This document shows positions 33,897-43,127 of a stretch of 64,000 nucleotides of DNA, one piece after another. The translations under genes and the position numbers were made by a program. The notes beneath the pieces were generated by a model. It searched no databases, was not told the origin of the DNA, and saw only the letters and a list, made by a program, of their open reading frames with translations. The DNA is taken from IMG/VR virus record IMGVR_UViG_3300042934_001067, positions 1-64,000 of that record; one strand, 5' to 3'. The stretch comes from a virus. The first letter of the stretch is position 1; every line of letters starts with the position of its first letter.

Positions 33897-36004
33897 GTGA
33901 TGTCGTCCTCCTGCCCTGCCAGAACCTGCTCCAGGTCGGCGTAGTGAGTCCCCTTGATGTCCAGACGGTCCAGGTTGGCCGCCCGCACCCCCTCACCCTC
34001 ATTGATCAGCGCCTGCTGCTCCGCGAGGGTGAAGTCCTTCAGCGCCTGCCTGCGCAGGCCCGCCGTCATGTACGTCGGCGACAGATCCGCGTCCGCCGAC
34101 GGCACCTGCACCCCGTCCGTGGACGGCAAGGCGGCCTCCGGCTCGTCGTGCAGCAGCGCCTCCGTCCCGCCGGGCTCGAACAGCGAGTGCTCCGCCGCTG
34201 CCGTGTACGACTGCAGCGGCAGCTGCCGGTTCCAGCCCACCGGGTCGGCGCCCGCGAGGGGCCCGGCCGACGCGGGGTTCTCCCACGGCCGCTTCGGCGA
34301 CGTCGACCCCGGCGCCTTCGGCAGCTGGTACGAGGTCCCCGACGGCTCACCGAACGGCGCGTTGGCGTTCGCGGTGTGCTGCAGCGGCTTCTCGAAGTCG
34401 TGCCGCGTCCACTCGTGCTTGTGCGGCTCTTTCCACGACACACCGGCGATGTGCACCGGCTCACCCTCGGAGACCGGCACCTCCGCGTCTTCGTGGTGGT
34501 CGTAGCCGATGACCTCACGGTCGCGCAGGGTGTCGTCGTCGGTTTCGATCGACGCCCGGTCTGGGGTCTTGGCGTGCAGGATCACGTGCGTACCCGTGCG
34601 ACCCGAATCGCTGCTCGTGGGCGTGGGGTGGGAGATGTGTGCGTAGTGGTTGGCCTGCTCCGGGCTGCCCGACCAGTGCATGCCGAGGCCCCTGTCGCCG
34701 CCGGTGACCTCCTTTACCAGGGCGTGCGCACGCTCGGCCGTCGGCTTGGCGGGGTCGTGGACGTGGGAGTGGACATCGTCCGGCAGCGCAACGTTCATAC
34801 CCCGGTGCACGCCGTTGAGGTGCGGGTAGACGCGGTCCCAGTCCGTGCGGTGGGTGTCGTCCTCTTCCTCGTCGTCCCCCAAGGAGTCCCAGGATGCGTT
34901 GACCGTGCGGAGCGCCAGCACGACCTCGGCGCGGTCCTCACCGGCGGCCACGGCCGCGCGAGCGACGATGGAGAGCGGGGAGCTGGGGCTGGTCTGTCGA
35001 GCGGCGGCGGTCGCCGGTGCGAGCCGGTGCTGGTCGGCGTCGATGTCGTAGCGGACGACGACCTTGCGCGGCACCCAGGAGGGCTTGTGCTCGTCCACGT
35101 GGACGTCGCGGCCGAACATGCCCCGGGACTGGGCCTCGTACTGCAGGGCCAGCGCGTGTGAGCACATGCGCCCGGCGAACCGGCTGAAGTCGTCGCTGGC
35201 GCCCCAGTGGTAGGCGCCCCACTTGCAGCCGCAGGACCAGGCGTGTGCGGCCATCTTGCCGGGCATGCGCTGCAGACCGGTCTCGTAGACCTCGTGGTCG
35301 CCCTTGACCTCGGCGTAGACCAGGCCGTCGGAGGCCATGGTGACGCGCAGGCGGCCCTCGGTGCGGATCCGCTTCGCCTTGGCGACGACGTCGCGCCAGG
35401 CGGCCGTGACGTGGAAGCGGAAGTCAGCGTTGGTCGCGGCCGTCACGACCAGGTCGGAGAACAGCTTCGAGGCGTTCTTGGCCCACGGCGGCGCGTCGTC
35501 GTCGCTGTCCGAGTCGTCGTCGCTGTCGTCGGAGTCTGTGGAGTCGTCCCCGTCGTCATGAGAGTCGTCGTCCTCGTCATGCGAGTCGTCAGGGGCGTCG
35601 TCTTGCGAGTCGTCCTCGTCGTCGTTGTCGGCGAAGGGGTTGTCCTTCTTCGCCGCGAACACCTGCTGCATCGCCGGGTCGGGCCGGTCGACGAGGACCT
35701 GGGCCAGCTCGGGGTAGTCGGCCGCCGCCGTCTGCTCCATGGCCTCGGTGGTGATCGGCGCCGGGCGGAGCTGGGACGCCGTGTACCGGCCGCCGCCCAT
35801 GCCCCGGTCCAGGACGACGTGGTACTCCTCGGAGCCCGGGAAGGGGCCGTCCTCGACGTGGCTGACCACGCCGGGCAGGCCGTCCGTGGTGTGCACACGC
35901 TGCTCGGGCTTGTACTCCCAGTAGTCCTCGGAGCGCACGGCCAGCTTCTGCGCGCCCAGTGTCTGGTGCTCCAGGCGCTCGACGCGCTCAAACCTGCCGC
36001 TCAC
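33884..36004 (-). CDS. Internal-head polyprotein: acidic tract, SWIM Zn finger, His-rich ART-like domain
   Basis: GTG 36004; WSCGC...MCSHALA (SWIM); VHRGM...GMHWS...EDAEV (R-S-E ART-like); many x-T-A motifs. Confidence 0.7.
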   Translation of the reverse strand: MSGRFERVERLEHQTLGAQKLAVRSEDYWEYKPEQRVHTTDGLPGVVSHVEDGPFPGSEEYHVVLDRGMGGGRYTASQLRPAPITTEAMEQTAAADYPELAQVLVDRPDPAMQQVFAAKKDNPFADNDDEDDSQDDAPDDSHDEDDDSHDDGDDSTDSDDSDDDSDSDDDAPPWAKNASKLFSDLVVTAATNADFRFHVTAAWRDVVAKAKRIRTEGRLRVTMASDGLVYAEVKGDHEVYETGLQRMPGKMAAHAWSCGCKWGAYHWGASDDFSRFAGRMCSHALALQYEAQSRGMFGRDVHVDEHKPSWVPRKVVVRYDIDADQHRLAPATAAARQTSPSSPLSIVARAAVAAGEDRAEVVLALRTVNASWDSLGDDEEEDDTHRTDWDRVYPHLNGVHRGMNVALPDDVHSHVHDPAKPTAERAHALVKEVTGGDRGLGMHWSGSPEQANHYAHISHPTPTSSDSGRTGTHVILHAKTPDRASIETDDDTLRDREVIGYDHHEDAEVPVSEGEPVHIAGVSWKEPHKHEWTRHDFEKPLQHTANANAPFGEPSGTSYQLPKAPGSTSPKRPWENPASAGPLAGADPVGWNRQLPLQSYTAAAEHSLFEPGGTEALLHDEPEAALPSTDGVQVPSADADLSPTYMTAGLRRQALKDFTLAEQQALINEGEGVRAANLDRLDIKGTHYADLEQVLAGQEDDITWLA

Positions 36005-36032
36005 CGGCGCCTCCCTCAACGACCGTGCCTTC

Positions 36033-36067
36033 TCAGCCCTTGGGGGTGACCGCCGGTGCGGCGACAG
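36033..36067 (-). promoter_or_regulatory. Late promoter motif 13
   Basis: CTGT-N22-AAGGGCTGA. Confidence 0.7.
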
Positions 36068-36075
36068 CAAGGGGG

Positions 36076-36372
36076 TCAGCGGGAGGCGAGGAAGATGGAC
36101 GCCACGGCGACGATCAGGGCGAGGGTCGGGATGATGCCCTTGTAGATGAACTCGCGCAGACCCTGGGCCCGGGAGGAACGATCCTCCCGGGCTGCGCGGC
36201 CCAGTTCGTCCAGCTTCTCCTCGGCCGTACGGATCCGGGCCTCCAGGAGACGCTTCTCCGCGTCGAACTGGTCCTTGGTGACGTAGCTGTCGAGGCGGCT
36301 CTTCACGTCGGTGAGTTCGCGCTCAATCAGGCGCCACAGCTGCCCGACGTTCTCGGGGCTCTCACTGGCCAT
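36076..36372 (-). CDS. Coiled-coil protein with C-terminal TM (lysis accessory)
   Basis: 98 aa, heptad pattern then one TM; downstream of endolysin. Confidence 0.6.
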   Translation of the reverse strand: MASESPENVGQLWRLIERELTDVKSRLDSYVTKDQFDAEKRLLEARIRTAEEKLDELGRAAREDRSSRAQGLREFIYKGIIPTLALIVAVASIFLASR

Positions 36373-36400
36373 GCGCGTAACTCCTAGGTGGGGGTGGTCT

Positions 36401-36436
36401 TCACCCCTTGGCGGTGGCCGCGCACATGCCAGACAG
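36401..36436 (-). promoter_or_regulatory. Late promoter motif 14
   Basis: CTGT-N23-AAGGGGTGA. Confidence 0.7.
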
Positions 36437-36486
36437 GGCGAGGGCCCGGATCGTGGAGATCACAATCCGGGCCCTCACTGAGGGTG

Positions 36487-37596
36487 CTACTTCTTGCGCA
36501 GACCGTTGGCGACCTCGAAGGCGTACTGCCAGGTCTTCGGGCCGGTGAGGCCGTCGGCCGGGCCGAGCGCCGAGAGGTAGTGCTTCTGCAGGGCCTTGAC
36601 CTTGTCGAGGTCCTTCTGCGTCATGGTGTTGGACGGGCCGACGGTGTACTTCGGGCCCCAGTCGCCCTCGTCGAGCCAGGTCTGCAGCTGGCGGGCGTGG
36701 GTGTTCTTCGCACCGAGCTTGAAGTACTGGCGGCCGGGGAACGCCGGGCACTTCGGCTTGGCCTTGGAGGGGAGCGAGCCCAGCAGGTTCTTCAGGCTAC
36801 CCTCGCCGGGCACGCCGTCGGCGGCCTTGCCGGTGTGGCCGAGGCTCTTCTGGTAGTCGGCGTAGTTCAGGGTGTCGGCGTCGGACCACTCGGGGCCGGG
36901 GCCCTCCTGGTAGTGCTTGCCGAAGCCGCGCTTGACGAGGGCCTTGCCGACGGCCGTGACGTGCGCGCCCTCGGCGCCGTAGCCGTACTCCAGGCCGCTG
37001 ATGGTGACCCGGTAACGGGCGGGCGTGGACGGCTTGCCGCCGTCGGTGGACGGCTTGTCCGTCGAGGGCTTCTCGGCGTCCTTGCCCGGCTCCTTCCAGC
37101 CCGGGTCGGCGGAGTCCATGGCGTGGTCGTACTTCGGGTAGCCGTAGCCGTACACGTACGAGTTGTCCCGGCGGTACGACTTCTCGTACACCCCGTCGCC
37201 CTCGGCCGACCCGGAGGTGTTCGTGTTGCCCTCGATTGTCCATATGTGAGTGGAGTTGTACCGGGTGACGAGGCCGGTGTGCGAGCCGCCGTTCTTCCCG
37301 AAGAAGACCTGCGCGCCGACGGCCGGGTACCAGGAGAACCGGCCCCACTGGCGGTAGGTGTTGACGGCGTTGATGCAGCTCGCCGTGACGGGGACGCGCT
37401 TGCGGTCGCCGTTCTTGTGGAAGCCCCAGACGACGAAGGTGCAGCACCACGCCATCCAGTCCGACCACTCCAGGGTCGGCGTCTCGTCGCTGTACTTCTG
37501 GTCGTTGTTCCAGTGGCCGCCTGACCGGCCCTCGTGGTAGCCCTTCTCACCGACGAGCGTCGCTATGACCTTGCTCGCCTTGACCTCGACAGGCAT
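36487..37596 (-). CDS. Endolysin (CHAP domain plus peptidoglycan-binding domains)
   Basis: AWCCTFV...SHTGLV...TIEGNT (CHAP); YQKSLG...ADGVPG and ADGLTGPKTW (PG-binding). Confidence 0.9.
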   Translation of the reverse strand: MPVEVKASKVIATLVGEKGYHEGRSGGHWNNDQKYSDETPTLEWSDWMAWCCTFVVWGFHKNGDRKRVPVTASCINAVNTYRQWGRFSWYPAVGAQVFFGKNGGSHTGLVTRYNSTHIWTIEGNTNTSGSAEGDGVYEKSYRRDNSYVYGYGYPKYDHAMDSADPGWKEPGKDAEKPSTDKPSTDGGKPSTPARYRVTISGLEYGYGAEGAHVTAVGKALVKRGFGKHYQEGPGPEWSDADTLNYADYQKSLGHTGKAADGVPGEGSLKNLLGSLPSKAKPKCPAFPGRQYFKLGAKNTHARQLQTWLDEGDWGPKYTVGPSNTMTQKDLDKVKALQKHYLSALGPADGLTGPKTWQYAFEVANGLRKK

Positions 37597-37622
37597 CTGG
37601 CCCTCCCCAGGGATCGGTTTTC

Positions 37623-37658
37623 TCACCCCTTGGGGAGGGCCCAGACGCTGTGCAACAG
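37623..37658 (-). promoter_or_regulatory. Late promoter motif 15 (endolysin)
   Basis: CTGT-N23-AAGGGGTGA. Confidence 0.7.
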
Positions 37659-37664
37659 GAGAGG

Positions 37665-39506
37665 TCAGGCCGCCAGCTGGGTGACCGGGGCATACGCGCG
37701 CACCGGCGCCGTGGTGTCGCCGGTCGCCACCATCACGTTGGTCCCCACGCTCAGCGCGCCGCCGCCGTCGTCGTTGATGCCCGCCTGTGCGGCGTGCAGG
37801 TAGCAGTCGCCGATCTGGACCACGGAGGCCCCGGCGACGGAGACCCCGTACTGCGGAGAAGAGACACCAACGCCGTCGTCGTCCACGCCCGGGTAGCAGC
37901 TGACGGCAGAGGCGATGACGGGCATGGTGGCGCCCGCGACGGCCAAGCCCGCGTAGCCGCCGCCGCCGGAGCCACCGTTGCGGCCGTCACGGCGCGTCAT
38001 GAGGTTGGTGATGGTGATCGGCGCGTTGCCGGTGGCGTCGATGAGGACGCCGTGGCCGCCGTTGCGGTCGGTCGAACAGGCCGCCATCTGCAGGCCGCCG
38101 GAGCCGGTGCCGTTGCCCCAGGCGCCCGTCAGGGTGTAGCCGTGGCTGCCGTTCCACTCGGACCGGCAGGCCACGATCTGGCTGTTGGCGATGTTGCTGA
38201 GGACGTAACCCTGCCCCCAGCAGCCGATGACCTGGCAGTCGAGCATCGTCAGGTCCGTCATCCGGGTCAGCAGCGCGCCGTTGGCCCGGCAGTTGTCGAT
38301 CATGACGTTGGTCATGCGCCACGAGTACGGGAAGACGTTGTCCCGGCCGCCGGTGACGATGCCGTTGTTCGACATGCGGCGGATCGTCACGTCGGACATC
38401 CGGACGTTCTGAATGTTGCCCTCGGCGTAGATCCCGTCGACCGGCTTGGTGCCGTCCAGCACAGAGCCGTCCAGCATCAGGCTCTCGATACGGTGCTCGG
38501 CGGACAGCGCCGGGTAGCCCCCGGTCACCTGGTCCCGCAGGATCATCAGCGCGTTGCCCGTGAAGGACGGCAGCGGCACGATGCGGCACTGAGGGTCGGT
38601 CAGGTCCTCCGCGCTCATCATGTCCGCGCGAGGCCCGCGCACCGTGATCCCCGGCTTGGGCGTGATGGTGGCGGAGACGGCGTACACGCCCTCGGGGAGG
38701 TACACCGTGCCGCCGACCGGGCACGCCTCGATCGCCTCGGTGATGGCGAAGTAGTCGTCCGTGACGCCGTCCGCCTTCGCCCCGTACAGGGGGTCCTGGA
38801 CGTTGAGCCAGCCGAACACGGACTGGCTGAGCTGGCCCACGGTCGCTGCGTCCGTCGGCTGCACGCCCGGGGCGAGGTTGACGAAGCGCTGGGCGCCTGC
38901 GTCCACAGCGGCCGTCGGCTTGAACAGCTGATGCAGCGCGGGCATGGCGTGCACGTGCCGGGCGTCGGCCGCCTTGCCGCTGGCACCGGCCGCCCGGGTG
39001 CCCAGCGCCTGGATGTCCGTGTCATCGCCGCTGATCGGCGTGGTGCCCCCACCGCCACCCGAGCCGATGTCGGCAGGCAGATGCTCGTAGGGGACACGGC
39101 CGGAGCCGTCCAGGCCCGCGTAGCCGTTGGGCAGGTTCCGCTGATTGACCGGCTGGAAGAACACGCCGGGCGCGACCGCCTCGGCCAGCCGGGGCACGGT
39201 GGCCAGATCGACCGGACCGGCATCGAAGGGCACCGCGATGAAGTACGTCTCGGTCGCCAGGCCCGACAGGGTCTCCGTCACCTCGTACGTGCCGCCTCCC
39301 ACGGGCAGCGTGTCCGGGTCGTTGGTGGCGGGGACGGTCAGCGAGATCGCCCCTTGGGCGTCCAGCGTCGCGGTGTACGGCTTGCGGTCGGCCGTCTCGC
39401 CGCCGTTGAACAGCACACCGACGAGCTGCAGACGGACCGTCCCGGTACGGGGCAGGTCCGCGTCGTCGAGGTAGGTCCGCGTGACCGGGACCAGGGTGAA
39501 CGTCAT
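37665..39506 (-). CDS. Tailspike / depolymerase with right-handed beta-helix
   Basis: NVQDPLYGAKADGVTDD...GTVYLPEGVY (pectate-lyase-3-like start) and N/G-rich beta-helix repeats. Confidence 0.85.
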   Translation of the reverse strand: MTFTLVPVTRTYLDDADLPRTGTVRLQLVGVLFNGGETADRKPYTATLDAQGAISLTVPATNDPDTLPVGGGTYEVTETLSGLATETYFIAVPFDAGPVDLATVPRLAEAVAPGVFFQPVNQRNLPNGYAGLDGSGRVPYEHLPADIGSGGGGGTTPISGDDTDIQALGTRAAGASGKAADARHVHAMPALHQLFKPTAAVDAGAQRFVNLAPGVQPTDAATVGQLSQSVFGWLNVQDPLYGAKADGVTDDYFAITEAIEACPVGGTVYLPEGVYAVSATITPKPGITVRGPRADMMSAEDLTDPQCRIVPLPSFTGNALMILRDQVTGGYPALSAEHRIESLMLDGSVLDGTKPVDGIYAEGNIQNVRMSDVTIRRMSNNGIVTGGRDNVFPYSWRMTNVMIDNCRANGALLTRMTDLTMLDCQVIGCWGQGYVLSNIANSQIVACRSEWNGSHGYTLTGAWGNGTGSGGLQMAACSTDRNGGHGVLIDATGNAPITITNLMTRRDGRNGGSGGGGYAGLAVAGATMPVIASAVSCYPGVDDDGVGVSSPQYGVSVAGASVVQIGDCYLHAAQAGINDDGGGALSVGTNVMVATGDTTAPVRAYAPVTQLAA

Positions 39507-41662
39507 ACCTGCAGCTCCTCGTTGATCGTGTCCTCCTTGAGGTGACGGCGCATGCCGAGGTGACGCGGCCCCTGGTAGAGGCCGACGGCCTCCTTGCGCT
39601 GGATCGCCACCGGGATCTCCTCGACGTCGGTCGCGGCAGGCACCAGGACCTTCGGCTTGTGCACGTTGGCCAGCGACCGGATCCGCTCGTGGTTCTGGAA
39701 CAGCTGCGTCGGCTCGTTCGGCGCGGGCCGCTGGGCGTACGGCGACAGCGAGGACTGCTTGGGCATGTCCCCGCGCTGCTCGTCGGACTCCGGCGGCCGG
39801 GAGCCCTGGTCGGCGTCGACCGGCTCCGGCACGCTGCCCGGCTCGACGACACCGCCGTCGGCCGGGGTGGTCTGCAGGTCCTGCATCGTCGGCGCGATCG
39901 TCGGCTGAGAGGTGACCGGGTCCATGCCCAGCAGCGGAATCCGCAGCGGCGCGGTCGGCACCTGGTTCGGGTCCTGGGCCTCCGGCAGCGCGCGCGCCTC
40001 GAAGTCCTTCTTCAGGTCGTCCGGGATCGGCAGGCCCTTGTCCCTGAGGGCGACGTAGATGGCCTTGCGTGTCTCCTGCTCCTGGACCGCCAGTTCGACG
40101 GCCTCCTCGCGCGACTTCTCGATCTCGTCGTCGAAGTCGATCGACACGTTGTGCAGCCGCGTCTTCATCGAGATCGGCACCCCGGCCTCGCGCAGCGCCT
40201 CGAAGAACTCGTTCTGCGCGGCCTCGTCCTGCAGCGACATGGTCCGGAACTTCAGGTCCGGAATGAGCAGCTTGGGCTGCTCGACGATCCGGCCCTCGCC
40301 CGACTCTTCGTCGATCTCGTAGACCTCCTCCATCTTCACGTACCGCTTGCCGCCGCGCTCCTCGTAGTCGAAGTGCTCCTGCGCCTCGGCGACGACCAGC
40401 GCCCGCTCCCGGTAGTGGGCGGCCACCATGTCCTGGTAGTTCGTCAGCATCTGCGTGACCAGGTCGCGGTTGAGGGCGTCGGCCGCGTACGTCTCACCCG
40501 AGGACGCACCGGCGAGCATCGTCTTGGACAGGCCGAACGTCTGCAGGACCCGGCCCTCGATCCGTTCGAAGTCGGGGCTGAGGTCGGGGATGTCCTCCTT
40601 GCCCAGCACGGACTCCATCTCGACCGCGAAGTGCGTCATGATGATCCGGAAGTCACCCGCGAGGGCCGCGTCCACCGCCTCCTCGAAGTCCGCGAGGTCG
40701 TCCAGCGTCGGAATCCACGGCACCTGCGTGCCCAGGTCCGACGCCGACGCGCCGAGCTTGGCGTGGATCAGCGGCGTGTACAGGCGGTCCGCAATCGAGT
40801 CGACGGCCGCATTCAACATTTCTTCCTGCATGAGCGAACGCATCGCCCTATACAGGAGCGGAACGCCCCGCTTGTTGAATGTGTCGGCCTCGAATTTCAT
40901 CTGCCGCAACAGAATGTTCGACACCGGCATCAGCGCATTGTCGTCGGCGTAATACGTCAGCTCCGGGTACGCCTCGACGAGCTTCTCGTACTCCCAGGCG
41001 GGCTGCCGGGTGCGGATCAGCTCCCGCATCGTCTGCGGCAGCCGGATCAGGAACCGGGGCTCGCGCAGGAACGGCGACGGCTGCACCTCGACGTCGTCGG
41101 GATTCAGCAGCTCCTCGTCGTCCCATACGCCCAGGTCCTCGTTGAACGTGCCCAGTGGCCACGCCTCGCCGACCGTCCAGTACTCCCGGCCCAGGTCGAT
41201 GAGGAACTTCCGGTAGTCCAGGCCGTCCTTCGAGAGGAAATGGTCGGTGTAGAACTCCGTGAGCCGCTCGTCCTTGCATGACATCTTGAGCCCGAGCAGC
41301 GGGTATTTCGAGTAAATGTCGACGCATGATCCGACGATCGGATGGCTGATGTACAGCAGGCGGCAGTACGCCCGCATCTTCGCCATCTGCGCCGGGTCGT
41401 CGAACTGAAACGGGAGATTGTTCTGCCTCCAATAAAAAAGCGGATCCCGGGGCCGCACCGTCGCGAACGACACCGACGGATTCGAGCCCACCCCGCCCCC
41501 GCCACCGGCCGCCACCTTCCGGGTGACCCGGCGGTTCTTCCGCATCTCGGACTCCTCGCCCGACTCCCCGGGGCTGGAGGAGAAGCGCCGGAACAACCGG
41601 TCGATCCGGGACTGCTCGGCGTCGAAGTTCTTCGGCTGCTCCGGGCGGGGCTTCTGGGCCAT
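39503..41662 (-). CDS. Portal protein
   Basis: 719 aa; YISHPIVGSCVDIYSKYP, EYWTVGEAW, RGVPLLYRAMRSL, IADRLYTPLIHAKLG. Confidence 0.85.
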   Translation of the reverse strand: MAQKPRPEQPKNFDAEQSRIDRLFRRFSSSPGESGEESEMRKNRRVTRKVAAGGGGGVGSNPSVSFATVRPRDPLFYWRQNNLPFQFDDPAQMAKMRAYCRLLYISHPIVGSCVDIYSKYPLLGLKMSCKDERLTEFYTDHFLSKDGLDYRKFLIDLGREYWTVGEAWPLGTFNEDLGVWDDEELLNPDDVEVQPSPFLREPRFLIRLPQTMRELIRTRQPAWEYEKLVEAYPELTYYADDNALMPVSNILLRQMKFEADTFNKRGVPLLYRAMRSLMQEEMLNAAVDSIADRLYTPLIHAKLGASASDLGTQVPWIPTLDDLADFEEAVDAALAGDFRIIMTHFAVEMESVLGKEDIPDLSPDFERIEGRVLQTFGLSKTMLAGASSGETYAADALNRDLVTQMLTNYQDMVAAHYRERALVVAEAQEHFDYEERGGKRYVKMEEVYEIDEESGEGRIVEQPKLLIPDLKFRTMSLQDEAAQNEFFEALREAGVPISMKTRLHNVSIDFDDEIEKSREEAVELAVQEQETRKAIYVALRDKGLPIPDDLKKDFEARALPEAQDPNQVPTAPLRIPLLGMDPVTSQPTIAPTMQDLQTTPADGGVVEPGSVPEPVDADQGSRPPESDEQRGDMPKQSSLSPYAQRPAPNEPTQLFQNHERIRSLANVHKPKVLVPAATDVEEIPVAIQRKEAVGLYQGPRHLGMRRHLKEDTINEELQV

Positions 41663-41680
41663 GGATCCTCCTGTGGTGGC

Positions 41681-41715
41681 TCACCCCTTGGGCCCGGGGA
41701 AGCCGCCACAGACAG
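41681..41715 (-). promoter_or_regulatory. Late promoter motif 16 (portal)
   Basis: CTGT-N22-AAGGGGTGA. Confidence 0.75.
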
Positions 41716-41740
41716 GGCGCGGACGTGGAACGATGCGCCC

Positions 41741-42115
41741 ATGAGCGAACCCACACACGAGCAGATCGTCCAGGCGCTGCGGGACGGAGCCCGGGGCCAC
41801 ATGCCGCAGGAGGCCGCCGTGGAACTCCTGATCGAGGAGGAGTGGTGGCTGCGGCGCCTGACGGCGGAGGGCCTGGTCGAGTACACGGACGACCCGGACA
41901 TGCTGGCGGCGGACGGGAAGCCCATGGCGTTCATCGACTGGGTCAAGGCGGCCAAGCACCCCTGGCGAGCGTCCGGCGGTGAACGCGCCCTCCTGCAGGC
42001 CGCCTGCTCCATCGGATCCAGTCAGGTGGAGCTGAGCCTGTCCGACGTCTTCACCAGCATGGACAAGCACAACGCCGGACTGGTCCTCAAGTGGCTCCCC
42101 TGGATCAAGAGGTAG
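41741..42115 (+). CDS. Hypothetical protein (moron, probably leaderless)
   Basis: MSEPTHEQIV...EAAVELLI...IDW...ASGGERALLQAACSIG; 3' part of ORF 41342..42115. Confidence 0.65.
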   Translation: MSEPTHEQIVQALRDGARGHMPQEAAVELLIEEEWWLRRLTAEGLVEYTDDPDMLAADGKPMAFIDWVKAAKHPWRASGGERALLQAACSIGSSQVELSLSDVFTSMDKHNAGLVLKWLPWIKR

Positions 42116-42293
42116 AGCCCTTGCGCCGCCGAGGAGCCTTCACCGGCGCGGCCGGGGCCTCCTCGGCCATTCCGTAGGCGACCAGCGTCCGCGCCCGCTC
42201 CCGCTGCCCGTCGGGCAGCGTCACCCACTCACCCGGCTGGTGCGTCTTCCCGTCCAGCGACAGCTGCACGAGCGCCTTCACGGAGCAGCTCAC
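42105..42293 (-). CDS. Small head-associated protein
   Basis: 62 aa, DGKTHQPGEWVTLP...LVAYGMAE. Confidence 0.55.
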   Translation of the reverse strand: MSCSVKALVQLSLDGKTHQPGEWVTLPDGQRERARTLVAYGMAEEAPAAPVKAPRRRKGSTS

Positions 42294-42793
42294 CGCGCAC
42301 CTCCCAGGAGCCCGGCCAGGTAGTCGACGTACGCGTCCCGGGCCAGCTGTCGGCCGCCCGCGCGGTAGGAGGACTCCTTCTTCCCGAACGGCGGCCCACC
42401 GCCGGAGTCGTCGTCACCCCCGCCGGAGTCCGGCGGGCCGTCCCCGGAACCCGAGTCGCTTGAGTCGCTGTCCTGGCCGAACGGCGGCGCCCCGCCGTCC
42501 TCCTGGCTCTCCGCGCCGGGCGGCATCGCGTTCGGGTCGTTCGGGTCACCGCCGGGCGGCATACCCGGCATCGACGGGGGCGGCATCCCGGGGATCTGCA
42601 CCGGCATCCCGTCGACCGACTGCGGGAACGCCGAGAACATCGGCTGCACCCGCACGAGGAACGCCTGATTGCAGAACGAGCACTCCGTGTTGCCGTCCGA
42701 GCGGCCGATGACCTGCCCCGAGCCGCAGAACGGGCAGTGCGCGATGGTGACCCCATCGCCGGACTGATGCGCCACCACGGGCCGCAGCGTCAT
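42290..42793 (-). CDS. Zn-ribbon late protein
   Basis: HCPFCGSG...ECSFCNQAF then Pro/Gly/Asp-rich tail. Confidence 0.7.
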   Translation of the reverse strand: MTLRPVVAHQSGDGVTIAHCPFCGSGQVIGRSDGNTECSFCNQAFLVRVQPMFSAFPQSVDGMPVQIPGMPPPSMPGMPPGGDPNDPNAMPPGAESQEDGGAPPFGQDSDSSDSGSGDGPPDSGGGDDDSGGGPPFGKKESSYRAGGRQLARDAYVDYLAGLLGGAR

Positions 42794-42804
42794 ACCGCTC
42801 ACCT

Positions 42805-42839
42805 CCACCCCCTACAGGCGAAGGACCGGCCTCGGACAG
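42805..42839 (-). promoter_or_regulatory. Late promoter motif 17
   Basis: CTGT-N22-AGGGGGTGG. Confidence 0.65.
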
Positions 42840-42903
42840 CACAACGCCCCTCCCATATAGCCGATGGGAGGGGCGTCGCGGTGCAATGCAGGGGCCCAGT
42901 CTA

Positions 42904-43119
42904 TCAGCCGCCGTTGATGATGTGGGGGATGAACCAGGCCGTCAGTCCGAGCCAGGCCGCCGTGAAGACGACCTTGCCCGGTGTGGACTTCGTGCGGAAC
43001 CAGTCCCGGGTGCGCTCGGAGAGGGTGTCGCCCTCGACCTTGTTGAACACCCCGTACATCTCGTAGGCGAACGCGGCGCCCAGGATGGCGCCCCAGCCGA
43101 CGTTCGGGTCCAGGTCCAT
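42904..43119 (-). CDS. Small two-TM membrane protein
   Basis: MDLDPNVGWGAILG...DTLSERTRDWF...AWFIPHI; hairpin ~42845-42876 follows. Confidence 0.65.
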   Translation of the reverse strand: MDLDPNVGWGAILGAAFAYEMYGVFNKVEGDTLSERTRDWFRTKSTPGKVVFTAAWLGLTAWFIPHIINGG

Positions 43120-43127
43120 GACTGCTC

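Noticed and set aside
40790-41460. Lower-GC patch inside the portal gene as an intein or insertion
   Set aside because: Translation stays portal-like with no intein motifs; at most a recombined segment
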